Source: the human T2T-CHM13v2.0 reference genome, Homo sapiens
Length of the DNA: 64,000 bases
Assembly: GCF_009914755.1 (NCBI RefSeq)
Contig: NC_060941.1
Strand: one strand, 5' to 3'
Under the pieces are notes generated by a model. The model worked only from the letters and a program-made list of their open reading frames with translations. It was not told where the DNA came from and made no database searches. Shown here piece after piece: positions 24,721 to 43,775 of the stretch (position 1 is its first letter; every line of letters begins with the position of its first letter). A program made the translations under genes and the position numbers.

Positions 24721-25222
24721 ATGAAAAGAAGAAGATAGAAAATATTGTTACAGATATTTGTCCATTTATTTTTTAGCATATGAAAATCAAAAGGATTAAG
24801 AGAAAATATGTTGGATACTTTTCTGTAATCTTGATTCTGATATGTACAATCCAACAGTTCTATCTAGAGGAAAAATGGTTGCCTGGGTGACTTCTCAAGT
24901 TTTTTTCAATACCCAATACCTGGATTTTAGGTAAAAAATATTCATTTAAAAATTATCTTATATTTTATTCTATGATCAATATAGAACACACTTATTCCTT
25001 ATACAAATATTAATACCAAAACAGAATCTCCTTTACCCTGAAACATACTTCTACTGGGGAATCCTAAACCTTAATGTAAACCGTTTCTCACTTGAGTTTT
25101 AAGAAGTCTAAGAGATCTCACAAGATAAATTTCTACATATTTTGTTATTTTTGCTTAGTTTTTAATGGTTATTATATATATGACATGCATATGGAAATTT
25201 ATCTGTATATACATTGGCTTAC

Positions 25223-25360
25223 TTGAAAGAATGGGGTACTCCAGATCTGGATGGTTTCAGTCACATTTAAATGATAAAGATAGTAGTTACTAATGATATT
25301 CACTAATATAGGTAAAGAATAAACCATAGTACTGTTGAAAACAGCTGCAAAAACATAGTC
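25223..25360 (-). CDS. ABCA5: ABCA5 exon 22 (DYVFAAVFNSTMVYSLPILVNIISN...PFFQ)
   Basis: 138 nt, ag/gt. Confidence 0.94.
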
Positions 25361-25771
25361 CTACAATTAAAAAAAAGACACTTATTACATACTGTATATA
25401 AGCGGATATATTATTGATATGTACCAAGCTTTTCTCACCAACAAAGCTAATTCTCATACAGAAAAACTGCTTCAACAACTCACAGAAATAATACTCAATG
25501 ACAGATAAAGACAATCTGGTTTGGAATGTACAGATATTTTAATATTTTAAACAAGCATATAATTTTTTAAAAAACTAAATTTCTGTAACTTTATATATTG
25601 GTCATCTGTGAAGTAATGAAATATATCATAAATAAAGACAGCTAGTTATTTCCAAAAGTAAAATCTAATTTCTAACTCATAAGGTCAAATCAACAAATAA
25701 TTAATTTTAGAAGAAACGTTTTAATCTTGCATAACTCCCAAATGGATATTCATTCACTGCATTCATCTTAC

Positions 25772-25899
25772 CTTTTCTGAATGCACCACATTTAAAGCCG
25801 CACTATGGGGAGCCACGGATACATAGTCACTGTCATTAATCATCGTCACCATTATGTTCTGGCTTGTGAAAAAGCTAATAAGATCACTGATATCTGAGT
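25772..25899 (-). CDS. ABCA5: ABCA5 exon 21 (DSDISDLISFFTSQN...NVVHSEK)
   Basis: 128 nt, ag/gt. Confidence 0.94.
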
Positions 25900-26029
25900 C
25901 TGGTGTTAGAAAATAAGCAAATAATAAAAAATGAGTCTAAACGAGGCTTTTAGTAACACTGGGAAGATAATTCTATTTTTAGAGAAATATTTTATTTTCA
26001 TTAGCGAATACGCAAGTAAGTACATTGGC

Positions 26030-26245
26030 TCTGAAGCCAGTCAGCCTGGTTTTAAAGTTGAGTTGTAACATTAAACTATTCGTCCTTCAAGCAAGTTACC
26101 TAGATGTTCTGGACCTTAAGTTCCCTCTTTTGTAAAGTGGGTAAAATAAGTATATCTGCCTTATAGGTAGAGTGATCATCCTGAGAATTAAATGACTGAA
26201 TATATACACAGAGTTTAGAACCTGACACATAGTAACTGCGCATAT
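26030..26245 (+). mobile_element. MIR
   Basis: caagttacct...ttccctcttttgtaaagtggg...cctgacacatagtaa core. Confidence 0.7.
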
Positions 26246-26250
26246 TTTAG

Positions 26251-26286
26251 CTGCTGCTGCTGCTGCTGCCACCACTGCTGCTGCTG
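26251..26286. repeat. (CTG)6(CCA)2(CTG)4 interrupted trinucleotide repeat
   Basis: Read directly. Confidence 0.9.
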
Positions 26287-27890
26287 CTACAACTATTATT
26301 AACATTGAAAAGTTAACCTATAACACATGAAATTTGGTTAAATAATAAGAATAAAAATCTATCTGACAATTTTAGGTAACAAGATAACCTGCTAAGTTCA
26401 GAAAGGTATAGGTGTGGTAACATCACTCCCTAGAGAATTTTTTGTAGGCTCTGGGCAGACATGTCAATTGCCTTAACTACCTTAAAATATTCAAACACAT
26501 AATCACATCTCTACATTCTCTAAAGTACCTGGAGCCAAGAGTAAGATTTTAAATCCTGTCGGGATTTAAATCTATACCAACATGTCTGCCGAATAGATGC
26601 AGTTTCTCCTCCATCATAACAAAAATCAGGATTCAGGGAAGGACAAATGTGACTTTAGAGAGAAATTTAAATCAAACAAAGCAAAACATTACTAGTAACT
26701 GAATAGTATGGCAGGGTGGATCAGACACAGCACTAAATCTCAGTGTCATAGAGAATGGTGACACTACTTTACTCCCAACCTAGTACCTTAACTGATCTCT
26801 TATCTCTAACTTGCAAGACCAGCTATGTACCCTGAGAAGAGAGACACATTATAAGTGAAGGAACCACAGCACAAGAGATACAAAAAGCTCTGCAAGGTGG
26901 GTAAGATACCACCCAATATATATACACACAGAGGCCAGTGGTTCAAAAAAAAGTGGTTTTATTTTGGAACACACACAAGGCTTAGGAAAATATGGCATGC
27001 ATAAGCAAGCAACTCTAAGAATAATAAAAAATTAAGAGACAAACTGAAAATACTAGAATTTCTGCAGATCAATGAGAATTAACTCAAAGCAAAAAGATAT
27101 GATTTGAATCCAAGTTCCTTTAAAAAAAAAAGAAATATTTGAGATACATGTACAATTCCCTGGACACATATAAAAAATGTCAAGATTAGCACAGTGTAAG
27201 GATTATATATTAGCAATATAAAATGTATTTTAAAACCAAAACGAGAATTCATAATGAAATTTCCTAATGAAAGAAAAAAAATTGCAAAACCTAACATTTT
27301 CCATTCGAGTAATTTTCCATGCTCCAGGTAATTTTCCATGTTCTCACTCATTTATCCATCAATAAATACATCTTTACCAGAAAGAATGAAGGTTATGTAA
27401 TATAACACGCACCAGATTTTAACAGTGATTATTTTAATACTAATTTATAATCATTCCTAGCCATGCTTATTATTTTAATACTGGGCAAAGTCTTTTTTGA
27501 ATTAGTGAATCAAAAAGGAATGATACTAGAATGTAGGTGAAGTGTTAGAAAGGTTAAACCCCAAAGAGTCTGCTACAGAATAGGAGATGTTATAGGAACA
27601 ACTGATCACATATGAATAAAGTTTGTATTAGCTTTTAATATTTTGAAAATCAGAACACTATGTCAGTTTTTTGTTTTGAGCTTTGCTCAAGTCTGTATGT
27701 TTAAATTTTTTTCATATTTGACAACTACATGGTAAGAATACTAATAGCAAAGCCAAAAATATCCATTACAAATCTAATATATTCAATTAGAGATATTTAT
27801 ATTTAAGTCTTATTTTTCTTAGTTTTAACTAATTCTTCAGACTGTCCTTGAAGAATTAAAACACTTCTACGCAGACACATACCTGTATAA

Positions 27891-28751
<861 letters not shown>

Positions 28752-28800
28752 CTGAAAAGAAAAAAAAAACAACACAGCTCAGGGTACAAAGGTACATTAA

Positions 28801-29146
<346 letters not shown>

Positions 29147-29339
29147 TACATTGGTATAGATTTAAACTCTAGATAGTTAAAAGATAATCACTGAAAAAAA
29201 CAAAGAAAAAAAACTGAAAAAAAAAAATAAGAAATCGTATTCCCCAAAATGATCTTATGACAATACTGGAGAGAAAGCCAATACTGTACGACAAAATTAA
29301 AAGTTATAAAAGTGTATTTTAGATCAGTGATGCCCTTAA

Positions 29340-29780
<441 letters not shown>

Positions 29781-30326
29781 TAACAAGAAAAATATTTTAG
29801 ATATAGAGAAGCAAATAAAAATACAATTAAACTCTGAATGGCTGATATCTTTGAAATCTCATCCTAATCGCAATTTTATCATATTAATTGCCACTGCTGC
29901 TCTCAGGAGGCAAAGCAAGGTATACTACAATGCCCTTTTATCTGAAGAGCAGCTACTTATCTGATAAAATATCTATATATCACATGTAATAAGTGTCCTA
30001 ACAAGCAGTTGGAGAGCTTAGATTATCATACTTCAGCAATTTATAAATTTCACATACCCCGTAATTTTTTTAAAAAAATTCTTAAATTGTTATATCTAAG
30101 ATTTCAAAAGCATATGGCATTGATCAAGTTCCATAATAAGTTAAGAAGTGATTTAGGTTAAAAAATATTCACAATTAAATAATATTTGGAAACATGAGGT
30201 TAAACAAAGTTGAAGGAATTTCTTTACCAGAGAACATCTCATGTTTTTTATGCTAATGAATAACTCTTTAATATAGGGAATATAAGAGTAATATTTTCTA
30301 AATGTATTTGACCATGGAACACATTT

Positions 30327-31007
<681 letters not shown>

Positions 31008-31053
31008 GGTATTTTAATTATTTTTCTGAGTGTATTTTATGAGAGTGGTGTTT

Positions 31054-31438
31054 AGAAAATGTGGCACATATACACCATGGAATACTATGCAGCCATAAAA
31101 AAGGATGAGTTCATGTCCTTTGAAGGTACATGGATGAAGCTGGAAACCATCATTCTCAGCAAACTAACACAGGAACAGAAAACCAAACACCACATGTTCT
31201 CACTCATAAGTGGGAGCTGAACAACGAGAACACATGGACACAAGGAGGGGAACATCATACACCGGGGCCTGTTGGAGGGTTGGGACTGGGGAGGGATAGC
31301 ATTAGGATAAATACCTAACGTAGTGATAGGTTGATGAGTGTAGCAAACCACCATGGCACATGCATACCTATGTAACAAACCTGCAAGTTCTGCACATATA
31401 TCCCAGAACTTAAAGTATAAAAAAATAATAAAATAAAT
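31054..31438 (+). mobile_element. 5'-truncated L1PA 3' end
   Basis: ORF2 end plus 3'UTR and A-tail. Confidence 0.88.
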
Positions 31439-32261
31439 TGAAACATGCTGATTTAAATAAACATTTTTCTTTCAGTAATGCCGACCAGGGAATAAATCAG
31501 ATACGTGATTGACATTTGTTTGACACTGAATTTGGTCAAAGAAGAGCATATAAATTTAGCATATTCCAAACATATAACAATATTCTTAATCTTAATGATT
31601 AAGCCTTATTACTACTGACATTTTGGACTTAACAAGATAGGTGTGTGGTATATGAAAGTGGTTAATGTTATTTCCAAATTATTCAGTTCCTAGTACCCTA
31701 GGAGAACCTAACTGAGAAGGGCTAAAGCTAACTTGAGATGTCATTTTGATCCCAGATCTACTAGCTATGTAGCCTTCTTTATTTTTCAGTTTCCTCATAG
31801 GATAAATAGAGGTAAAACTCATTTTTCCTGCTACTTACAAAAAGTGGTTATAAAAACTAACTAATAGACGCAAAAAATAGCGAAAAAATAGAAACGCAAA
31901 ACAAAATTTAAGATACAATGGGGAGTGTATTAATATATTCAAGGAAACTTGAATCTGTGCTCCCAGGTGAAAGAAAGAAAAAGATACAATGACAGTAATT
32001 AAAAAATTATACAATTAGGGAATATTTGTTATTTCCTCACTTTATAGATGAGACAATAAATGCTAGTTTAAAAAGTGTAAGACAGGGTATTCGATGAAAT
32101 TATTGTAATTTTTTTCTCTAACATTGTGAAATTACAGTGGTAATCTTTCGAAACTATATAAATTATTTACATATGTTAACATTTTAAAAATTAAGATGGT
32201 AAAACCAATGTGTATCCTTAAAAAGCAATCCATCAGGTATAAGGGTGATAATTATACTTAC

Positions 32262-32463
32262 ACTGATCTCACTGATTTACTTTCACGTTTCAAGGTAAAG
32301 AAATGAAACTTTGCTATTGTATACATCTGTTGTTTCCAAAGGCTCATGGTGCTCACTAGAGAAGCCTTGGTTTCAGAAAGAATAAGTAAGCTCTGTTCCA
32401 TTTCATCAAAAGATTTTGAATCCATTTCTTCCTCCAGTGGCTGCTGAGTAAATACACTATAAT
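32262..32463 (-). CDS. ABCA5: ABCA5 exon 19 (DYSVFTQQPLEEEMDSKSFDEMEQ...KSVRSV)
   Basis: 202 nt, ag/gt. Confidence 0.95.
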
Positions 32464-33377
32464 CTATTTGCCAAAACAAAACAAACATTTCAGTATGTTC
32501 ATTAAAAAAGATACAAACTTTCTGAAGCAGGAACATTTAAAGAAGCATTGGTCTGGCAGTTATGTGGAACAAATGGAACTCTCTTATATTCTGGCAGTAT
32601 CTATTAAAGCTGAACATATGTATATCTTATGACCCAAGAGATCCCCAACAGGTATAAACCCAACAGAGATATGAATACAGGTTTCACCAAAACACATGTA
32701 CAAGAACATGAGAATGTTCTTGTTCTACTAAGAACAAGAACACTATTCTATGGAATAGTGTAAACCAATGAAAATGAACAAACTACTGTACCCATAACAA
32801 CATGGCTGAACTTCACAAATGTCATTTTGAGTGAAAGAGGACAGATGCAAAGGAGACACATGGTATAATTCCACTAGTTCAAAATCAAACTGGATACATA
32901 TCCATATTTAAGATCTTATTATCTCTGTATCTGTATAATATCCAACTTTTATGTGAACTTTTCCTCTCTGACCACAACTTAGCATCATATCCTGATCATA
33001 CACGAGACTTCTCTCTTATCACCATGTTTGAGAGTCCTCTCCTGGCTTTACATTACTTCTCAATTAAAATTTAGCCTCAGGCTCAGTTTTCAGCCAAATT
33101 CTGCCCTTCAACTTCATCTTTAGTCTTTGGAAGGTTTAAGAGCCAATGCCTACTTCAATATAATTTCCTGGGATTACTGAGGTTGTACATGATCAATGAC
33201 AGTGTGATCATACAGATTATTAGCACAACACTTAAAAGGTATAACAAATTCAGTAGTGTGAATAAGGTATGTCATTCAGATTTCATTTTAATATTTAATA
33301 TTCATTTAAATTACAGTTAAACATTCCAAATGTATTTGGAATAAAAATTTATTTACGTACTTTATGTTAAAATTCTA

Positions 33378-35687
<2,310 letters not shown>

Positions 35688-37054
35688 TAAAATTCTACCA
35701 ATTAAACCATAAACATATATTTATTTAATGGCAAGAATAAAATACTACACAATTGAGGTTTATTTTAAACTCAAAAACATTCAGAACTTTCAACACAGAA
35801 AAATATTAACAGTTAATGCAAATATTAAAGAGAATGTACTAGTGAGATAACTTTAGGAAGAACATTATAACTTTTGGGCCAATACATGTATTTTTTAATT
35901 TAGATAATAATATAAAAAGAAATCAGATTATATAATATTAATTTTATGTAGTGGTTCAGTATATTAGTACTCAAGATATTAAAACAAATTTGGGAGACTT
36001 GCTTCTTTTTTTAGTTATTTAATTCCATTAAGGCCACGCACTTTCAATATAAAAGTTTTATTGTGGATTCTTCCACAATTTGTGAGGGTGAACTAAAAGC
36101 AGAATGCCCACTTCATCATTTAAAAATTTCAAAAGAAGGAGAAACTACAAAATCACATACATTAATTTTCAGATAAATCTTCTTTGATCCAGACATAATA
36201 ACAAAAGAAAAATTAAGAACTCAAAAATATATGGCTTCTCCTCACTGCATTTGAAAGTGGGCATCTGGTATCATAAACGTAGGACTACAGGAGCAACTTT
36301 ACAGTTAGCAATGCTGACAAATTATTGTTCCCACACAATAAGGCCAATCTTTTAAAATTTGACTACCAAACCATGAATAATTAAATTCTAGTAATATTTT
36401 AAGTTCCAGATTTATTTTAGCATAATATAAGCAAGTTTACTTCATGATGATATATTCAGCTTGATTCTTGACTTTGGTATCACAATGATTTTAATCATCA
36501 CCCACTCGGCATTCATGCAAAATGTGTATTTGCAGCATCTCAACTCTTTTAACAACTGTGAACTAACATCCTGGTTTCCTTTGCTCTCCTCACCTGCCAC
36601 TACAAACATTTTGCTAACCTTCGATCATAAGAAAGTTTCCTCAACTCATGTTCTTACCGTAAACTGAATAGATCCACCTTGCTCCTTACTGCATCATGAA
36701 ATTGATCTGTCAAGATCACCACTCTTACAGTCTACCAAATCCCTCACCGTCCTCTGTTACCAAAACTACCTTTTTTGTCCTCATCTTATTCTTCACAGCA
36801 ATTGACAAATAACTGACCACTTCCTCTTTCCTAAACACCATTTTTCTAGGTTTTTCCATTTCCACTCTTTCATGAAAAAGTAGAGTAATAATTGCTCATT
36901 CACGGTCAGCCCTCTTGGCTCCTTCTCCACTGCTCACCCAGGAGGCTTGCCCCTCAATTCTTATCTACACTCCTTACCCAACTAAGAGATTTCATCCAAT
37001 TCCATAGCACCATCTACCTGTGAGTAACTTCCAAATCTGTATCTTCAGCCGTAA

Positions 37055-37383
<329 letters not shown>

Positions 37384-37580
37384 GGAAAAAACTCATGCCT
37401 GCATTCCTTCTTTCCACAAACCTATTCTTCCCCTATTTTCAGGAAATGGCAATCTCATTCCCAGTTATCAAAAGCTTAGGAATTATTCTTCATTCCAACT
37501 TCTCCTGAGCCTCTAACACTCAATCTATCAGCAACTCATCACCACTACCACCAGTATAACCCAAATATCTGTTCTTTCCC

Positions 37581-37883
37581 TTTTTTTTTTTTTTTTTTTT
37601 TTTTTAAACAGGGTCTCCTTCTGATGCCCAGGCTAGAGTGCAGTGGTGCAATCATGGCTCACTGCAGCCTTGACCTCCTGGCCTCAGGTGATTCTCCCAC
37701 CGCAGCCTCTAGAGTAGTTGGGACTATAGGCACACACTACCATACCTGGCTAATTTTTGTGTTTTTTGTGACAAGGTTTTGCCATGTTGCCAAGACTGGT
37801 CTGGAACTCCTGGGCTCAAGCGATCTCCCTGCCTTGGCCTCCCAAAGTGCTGGGATTATAGGCATGAACCACTGCGCCCGGCC
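37581..37883 (-). mobile_element. AluJ
   Basis: Poly-T, dimer. Confidence 0.9.
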
Positions 37884-38556
37884 TCCCTATTTTCACTGAC
37901 ACCCTAGTTCAAGATAGTATTAACTATAGCAGTTTCCTAACTGGTCTTCCTACTTCCACACTTCCTTTATAATACTCTTATCATTCAACAACCAGAACGT
38001 GTTTTTTTAAAAATTCAAATCAGATCATGGTACCTATTTGCTTTAAAACTCTCTGATAGCTTCCACACTACAATAGGAAAACAAATGAAATTGTTTTCCA
38101 GACGTTCAAAGGCAGAACATGATCTATCCCTTTGAGTATCCTCCTGACTTTGCTGTGTAATAGCTTCACTATGGCTCCGGCCATGGTAGCCTTTTTTTAT
38201 CCCTCAAAGACATCCAACTCATTCCTCAGTTAATACCTTTGCAGTTGCAGTTCTTTATCTGAAAATTTCTGCCCTAAAATCTTCACCTACTTGATTTTTC
38301 TCATTATACAGGCCTCAGGTCAAGTATCATCTCAACAAAGTCCTTCCTGATGATATAATCTAAGTTCGCTGCCTTCTAAGACCACCCCATTATTTCCTGC
38401 ATTACTCCTATCACTATCAGTAAGTATCTCATTACTTATTTACTTATTTCTACCCTTTATTCTAAAAAAAATATAAAATTACATTTATATAATTTTTGTC
38501 TTATTCACCATCTGTCTGATTCATTGCCTAAAATGTTTTGTTAGTTCTGTTTTTAC

Positions 38557-38676
38557 CTGCTTGGTCAATTTCTGCTTCAACTTCTAGCTTTAAAAATACG
38601 TCTTCCAAAGTCGTCATGGAAACACCATAAGAAATGACACCCAAATTTGAATGACTGTCTAGGGCAGAAAACAAAC
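38557..38676 (-). CDS. ABCA5: ABCA5 exon 18 (GLFSALDSHSNLGVISYGVSMTTLEDVFLKLEVEAEIDQA)
   Basis: 120 nt; SYGVS.TTLEDVFL regulatory-domain motif. Confidence 0.95.
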
Positions 38677-38763
38677 CTAAAAGAAAAAAATGAAAGAATA
38701 GTATATCTTTAAGCATATTATCATAAATTATTGTAAAATATCCTTTAAAAATAAGTTCATGAA

Positions 38764-38948
38764 CAGCCTGTGCAACATATCATGACCCATCTCTACAAAA
38801 AATAAAAATAAATTAGCTAGGCATAAATACTGATGCAAGCCTGTAGTCTTAGCTACTCAGGAGACTCAGGTGGGAGGATCACTTGAGCCCAGGAGTTTGA
38901 GGCTGCAGTGAGCTGTGATTGTGGCACTGAACTCCAGCCTAAGTAACA
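38764..38948 (+). mobile_element. Partial AluJ/FRAM
   Basis: Right-arm sequence. Confidence 0.75.
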
Positions 38949-39569
38949 GGCTTAACATTCTTATAAATTAAGGACCTCAAAGAAATTTTATATATGGGAA
39001 TATATCTATTATCATATCTATTACCATATTATATCTATATCATATTATAAACTAACAAAAATTTTACAGTATTTGAAATTAAAACTGAGAATGTTACTAT
39101 ATTGAATAATAAAATAAATATGTACATTAGAAAACATACAGTAATCATTTAAATACTTATTCATCTTTTAAAAAATAAAAAAGTAAACCTATTACGGGTT
39201 AACACAATTTTATTTTTAAAAACTGCATCTTTTAAAACAAAAATAATGAGAAGAGAATATTGTTTTACATTTCTGCAAATCTCTTTAATGTCTGTCTTAA
39301 CAGAAGACAGATGGGTTCTCATATTTGTTTCTGTATTCAATCTGTTGTGATAGCACATATTATGCAGTCTCTGGAAAACACTGTATAATCATGAGAAGCT
39401 GAGGGTCAATAAGGCAAATAACATTTTGGTATTATTAGAAAAAGTGCTGACATTATGAATTCCCTTAAGAGGTCTTACGGTCCATCCTACAGGAGATCCC
39501 AGAAGACACTGTGAAATCCAGTGAAATACCGTGACAATTTTTCAAAGAAATGTAAGAGTCAACAACAAA

Positions 39570-39820
39570 GTATGGTGGTGAAAACCATGAGTTCTGGAAC
39601 TGATTTGCCTGGGTTCAAAACTCAGCTCCACCACTTTCTACCTGTGTTACCTTGGGCAAGTTCCTTAAATCTTTTTATGTCTCAGTTTCTTCATTTGTAA
39701 AATGAAAGCAATAATAGTATTTATCTCATGTATTTCTTGAAATATTGGGATAATGAAATAAACTAATAATTGCAAAAGGCACAGACCAGCATCTGGTAGA
39801 AAATAAGCACATATAAATGT
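39570..39820 (+). mobile_element. MIR
   Basis: cctgggttcaaa...ccttgggcaagtt...ctcagtttcttcatttgtaaaatg core. Confidence 0.75.
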
Positions 39821-40500
39821 TACTAAAGAATAGGAGATAGGTGGGTATAAGTAGATAGAATGATAGGCAGAGTGCATTAAGTTGGCAAGTGTACTTCAGT
39901 CCACTTAATTTGTGATTTCTTTTTAAAAAAAAACAAGTATTTTTCTGATTATGAGATAAATGCTATGAAAATTCTGCACAATGTACTTACATCAATAACA
40001 TCCTTTTGTCTATCAAGCAATTCCTAAACAGAGGAAGGAGACTGAGTTTGAGTTCCTCATTAAAAAATTAAAAAATAATGCCTCAATTAAAAGAATTCAA
40101 GGATTTATCATATAATTCATTATGAAATCATGAAACTATAAAAGAACCTGAGAATGTATATAAACTATATACATATATGCCTTACTCTCAGGAGGCCTAC
40201 AAGCAATTTCTTTTTTTTCTTGACAACAAAGTAAACACAATTATTTTTACGTTTTTTAACATTTTCTTAAGTATTTAATATATTAGTTACAGTTTCTTGC
40301 ATGGTGTTTGTAAAAAAAAAAATTTTGCTGTGTTTTTTCTGGCTTTCAAAAACAAAATAAAGCAGAAACAGAATATTAACTCTGGCCACCTGGGAGCATG
40401 GCAATACTACATGGAGAAGGAAACAAAAAGGAAATCAATGAAACCTATTCCCAATATAGGATCCCAGTTCAAACACCAAGAGACTTAAAGTAAGTAATAC

Positions 40501-40640
40501 CTGAAAATTTGTCCATGTCCTTGAAAGGCAAGCTATACACAAGTTGTTGGTCATTCTGTTGTAATAAAGTAGCTCCAGGTATATGTTGTTTAACCAGTGA
40601 AGAAAGAGATTCTGTGGCACAATATTTGTCTATGTACATG
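40501..40640 (-). CDS. ABCA5: ABCA5 exon 17 (MYIDKYCATESLSSLVKQHIPGA...DKFS)
   Basis: 140 nt, ag/gt. Confidence 0.95.
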
Positions 40641-40823
40641 CTAGAGAATACCAAAAATCACAATTAATGATTATACAATAAACAGCCAAAAGTAAATTAT
40701 GAAGGCTTTAAATTAAATTTAGTACCATAAATGATGGTCAAAGCATATAACAGCAAGCCTCCAACATAATAACAGTATAGCAAGAGTATAATATAGAATA
40801 ATGTCAATAAAAATGAATGATAC

Positions 40824-40914
40824 CTCAGGCGGTAGCCGATCCCCCATTTACTTTTGAGGAACATTGAAGAACCAACACATTTCAGCATTCCTTGTGATAT
40901 CACAGCTTTCCTAT
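40824..40914 (-). CDS. ABCA5: ABCA5 exon 16 ([30 protein letters not shown])
   Basis: 91 nt, ag/gt. Confidence 0.95.
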
Positions 40915-41505
40915 CTGCAGATAAATATTTACATTTCAATTTCTAAAGTATCAACAGCATTAATAATTGGCATTTACATTTTATGGTTTCTCATATGAGA
41001 GTCATCCACATTATGATATCATTAATCATCACAAAAAGTCTTATGAGGATGGTACTAGATTATCATCAACTATTTTTCAGATATGAATACTAAGGTAAAA
41101 AGAAAATACATTCCTTATATATGTTTCATACAGCTATTAAGTAACAAAGCCAGGAACTCTACTCAAGGAGTCTGACTCTAGAGTCTACTTACCATATGTT
41201 ATTCCAAATATATTTTTCCTAAAAGGCTTACCAATACAAGCACTTTCACAATTTCCTTTATAACCAAATGTAGAAACAACTCCAAAAATCAACAAAAGTA
41301 ATAAGAAGAACAAATGTTAGTTTGTTGGGTTTTTAAAAATAAAGGTACTACTGAAGACATGAATGACTTGCCCAATTTTATTAGATTATATTATAAGCAG
41401 ACAGAAGTTGCTCAAGAATTTCAAACTTCTATATCTGTCATAGCTATTAAAAGTCATGTGTTGACTTCAACTTGGATTCTTTATATGTATGTATGTGTAT
41501 AAAAT

Positions 41506-42057
41506 TGTGCAGAAAAGAGTTAACATAGCAGGTCAGAGGCTTCTATCCTTAGAAAGGCCTGCTTACAAGGTTGGCCCTTGGCTGTTAGTTGAGAACTTGG
41601 ATTTGGGAGGGTTCCTACTATTCTCAAAACAGGTAAGAGTGGCTCAGTGCCTAAACTGTACAAACAATGTGGTTTATGCCAAACAACTTCTTTCCTTCTG
41701 AGAATCTGGAACTTTGGTATGTGCTAGGCAGAAGATGTTTATGTGATCAGCACCCAATAAGAATCTTGAACACTGAGTATATACTAACTTTCCCAAGTAG
41801 ATATTTCACACATGTTGTTACAACTCAATGCTGAAGAAATTAAAGCACATCTGTCTACTCCACTGGGAGTAGGACTCTTGGAAGCTTCTACCTGGTTTCC
41901 TCGAGACTTTGCCTCATATACCTTTTCCCTTTGCTAACTTAGCTTTGTATCCTTTTGCTGTAATAAATCATAGTCATGAGTATGACTATGTGCTGAGTCA
42001 TATGAGTTCTTCTAGGACATCACTAAACCTGGGATGGTCTTGGAGATTCTCAACACA
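41506..42057 (+). mobile_element. ERVL solo LTR (MER68/MER21-group) with 5-bp TSD AAAAT
   Basis: TG...CA ends; AAAAT at 41501-41505 and 42058-42062; internal AATAAA. Confidence 0.8.
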
Positions 42058-42215
42058 AAAATGTATCATTTTAAAATTTTTTAGAACTTTTTTTGTGAAG
42101 GAAACATACCACTAGGTAAAAGCTTCTCTATTTATACCTCAGGAATTAGCATCTCTATATCCATCTTCCTTTTGGCCCATGATCTCAGCCTTCGAAAATA
42201 AAACAAAAATCTCAC

Positions 42216-42354
42216 CTGCAAGAATGTCAGCTTCATCCATGAAATGAGTACTGAACACTGTCACCCGATTGGCTTTTCTGTATTTTAAAAGATTCCATAC
42301 AATATGTCGAGAACAGGGGTCCATTCCAGCTGTTGGTTCATCTAGCAGCAGTAT
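42216..42354 (-). CDS. ABCA5: ABCA5 exon 15 ([17 protein letters not shown]...[12 protein letters not shown]; NBD1 Walker B and H-loop)
   Basis: 139 nt, ag/gt. Confidence 0.96.
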
Positions 42355-43116
42355 CTGTGTGAAAAGAGGTGAAGAAGGGCAGGGAATCCTCAGAAAAACT
42401 AAATATTAAACAGGCATGTGGACACTAAAAAACTGCCCCATTTCAAATTATTATTTTCAATCAGAAATATATTAGATCAGATTTTTTCATTCATAATTGA
42501 GTTCACATAAATTTTTAAAATTATAAATTTGACATGTGAATATTTTCCCAGGTTTAATTCTAAAAGACTGCCTGTAATAACCAAGACAAAAGTATAACAA
42601 CAGTCAGACAAACAAACTAAAAACAAAACATTAAGTATATTGCTATTATCCTTAACAATTAAATTTGTAGATGTAACACTTGCTTTTTTGGAGAAGAATA
42701 TATGGTTTTATAGTAGTTCAAGGGAAGCAATTTGTTTCAAGACTATTTTTAATATAAAAAAGAACATGGTGGTGGTGGCTGAGAGGAAGACTAATGAACA
42801 TAAAGCCAGGATCCAGAATCATTCCCCAGCTGCAACAGCAAGGGGGAATGTGGCAGGATGGTGGGGATCAATAGGAGATCATCCTAGCTGCATGCATGCA
42901 CCTGTCAGTTTTGATGCCCTGTGTAAAGTGGTACATCAGTTGTTTCTCTGTTTCTATGACAGAGAACAGCATAAAACAAATACATACAAAATCAAAGCAG
43001 GACAGTGATAAACTGAATCACTCCTTTGATTTTGTTCTATTTCTTAACTTTTGTTATTAACTATAACAAATATTTTTTAAACTATAGAGAACAAGAGAGT
43101 AATACTATTATAGCTA

Positions 43117-43352
<236 letters not shown>

Positions 43353-43775
43353 ACATGGCAGTCATAACTAAAGTCTATTCTTCCATTCTCCTTCCTAAAA
43401 GTAACCAGTTATCATAAAGATGTTATAACTCAGAAAGGAAAGGGTGGAAGGGGGTGAGGAATAAAAAAAACTACATATTGAGTACCATGTACAGTACTCA
43501 GGAGATGGGTGCACTAAAACCTCAGAATTTACCACTATATAATTCATCCATGTAACCAAAAACCTTTAGTACCTTGACAGCTACTAAAATTAAAAAAAGT
43601 TATACATCTTTCTGACTTCACTTTTAAAATCTCATTACTATGATTATATCCATAATAACATACAGCATTTTATGTACACTTAACCTTTACATAATGTATT
43701 ATATCTTTCTACAACCTGCTTTTTAATTCGACATAATTTAAAATGAGCTCATCTGTAAAAGTAATATTTATTTAC

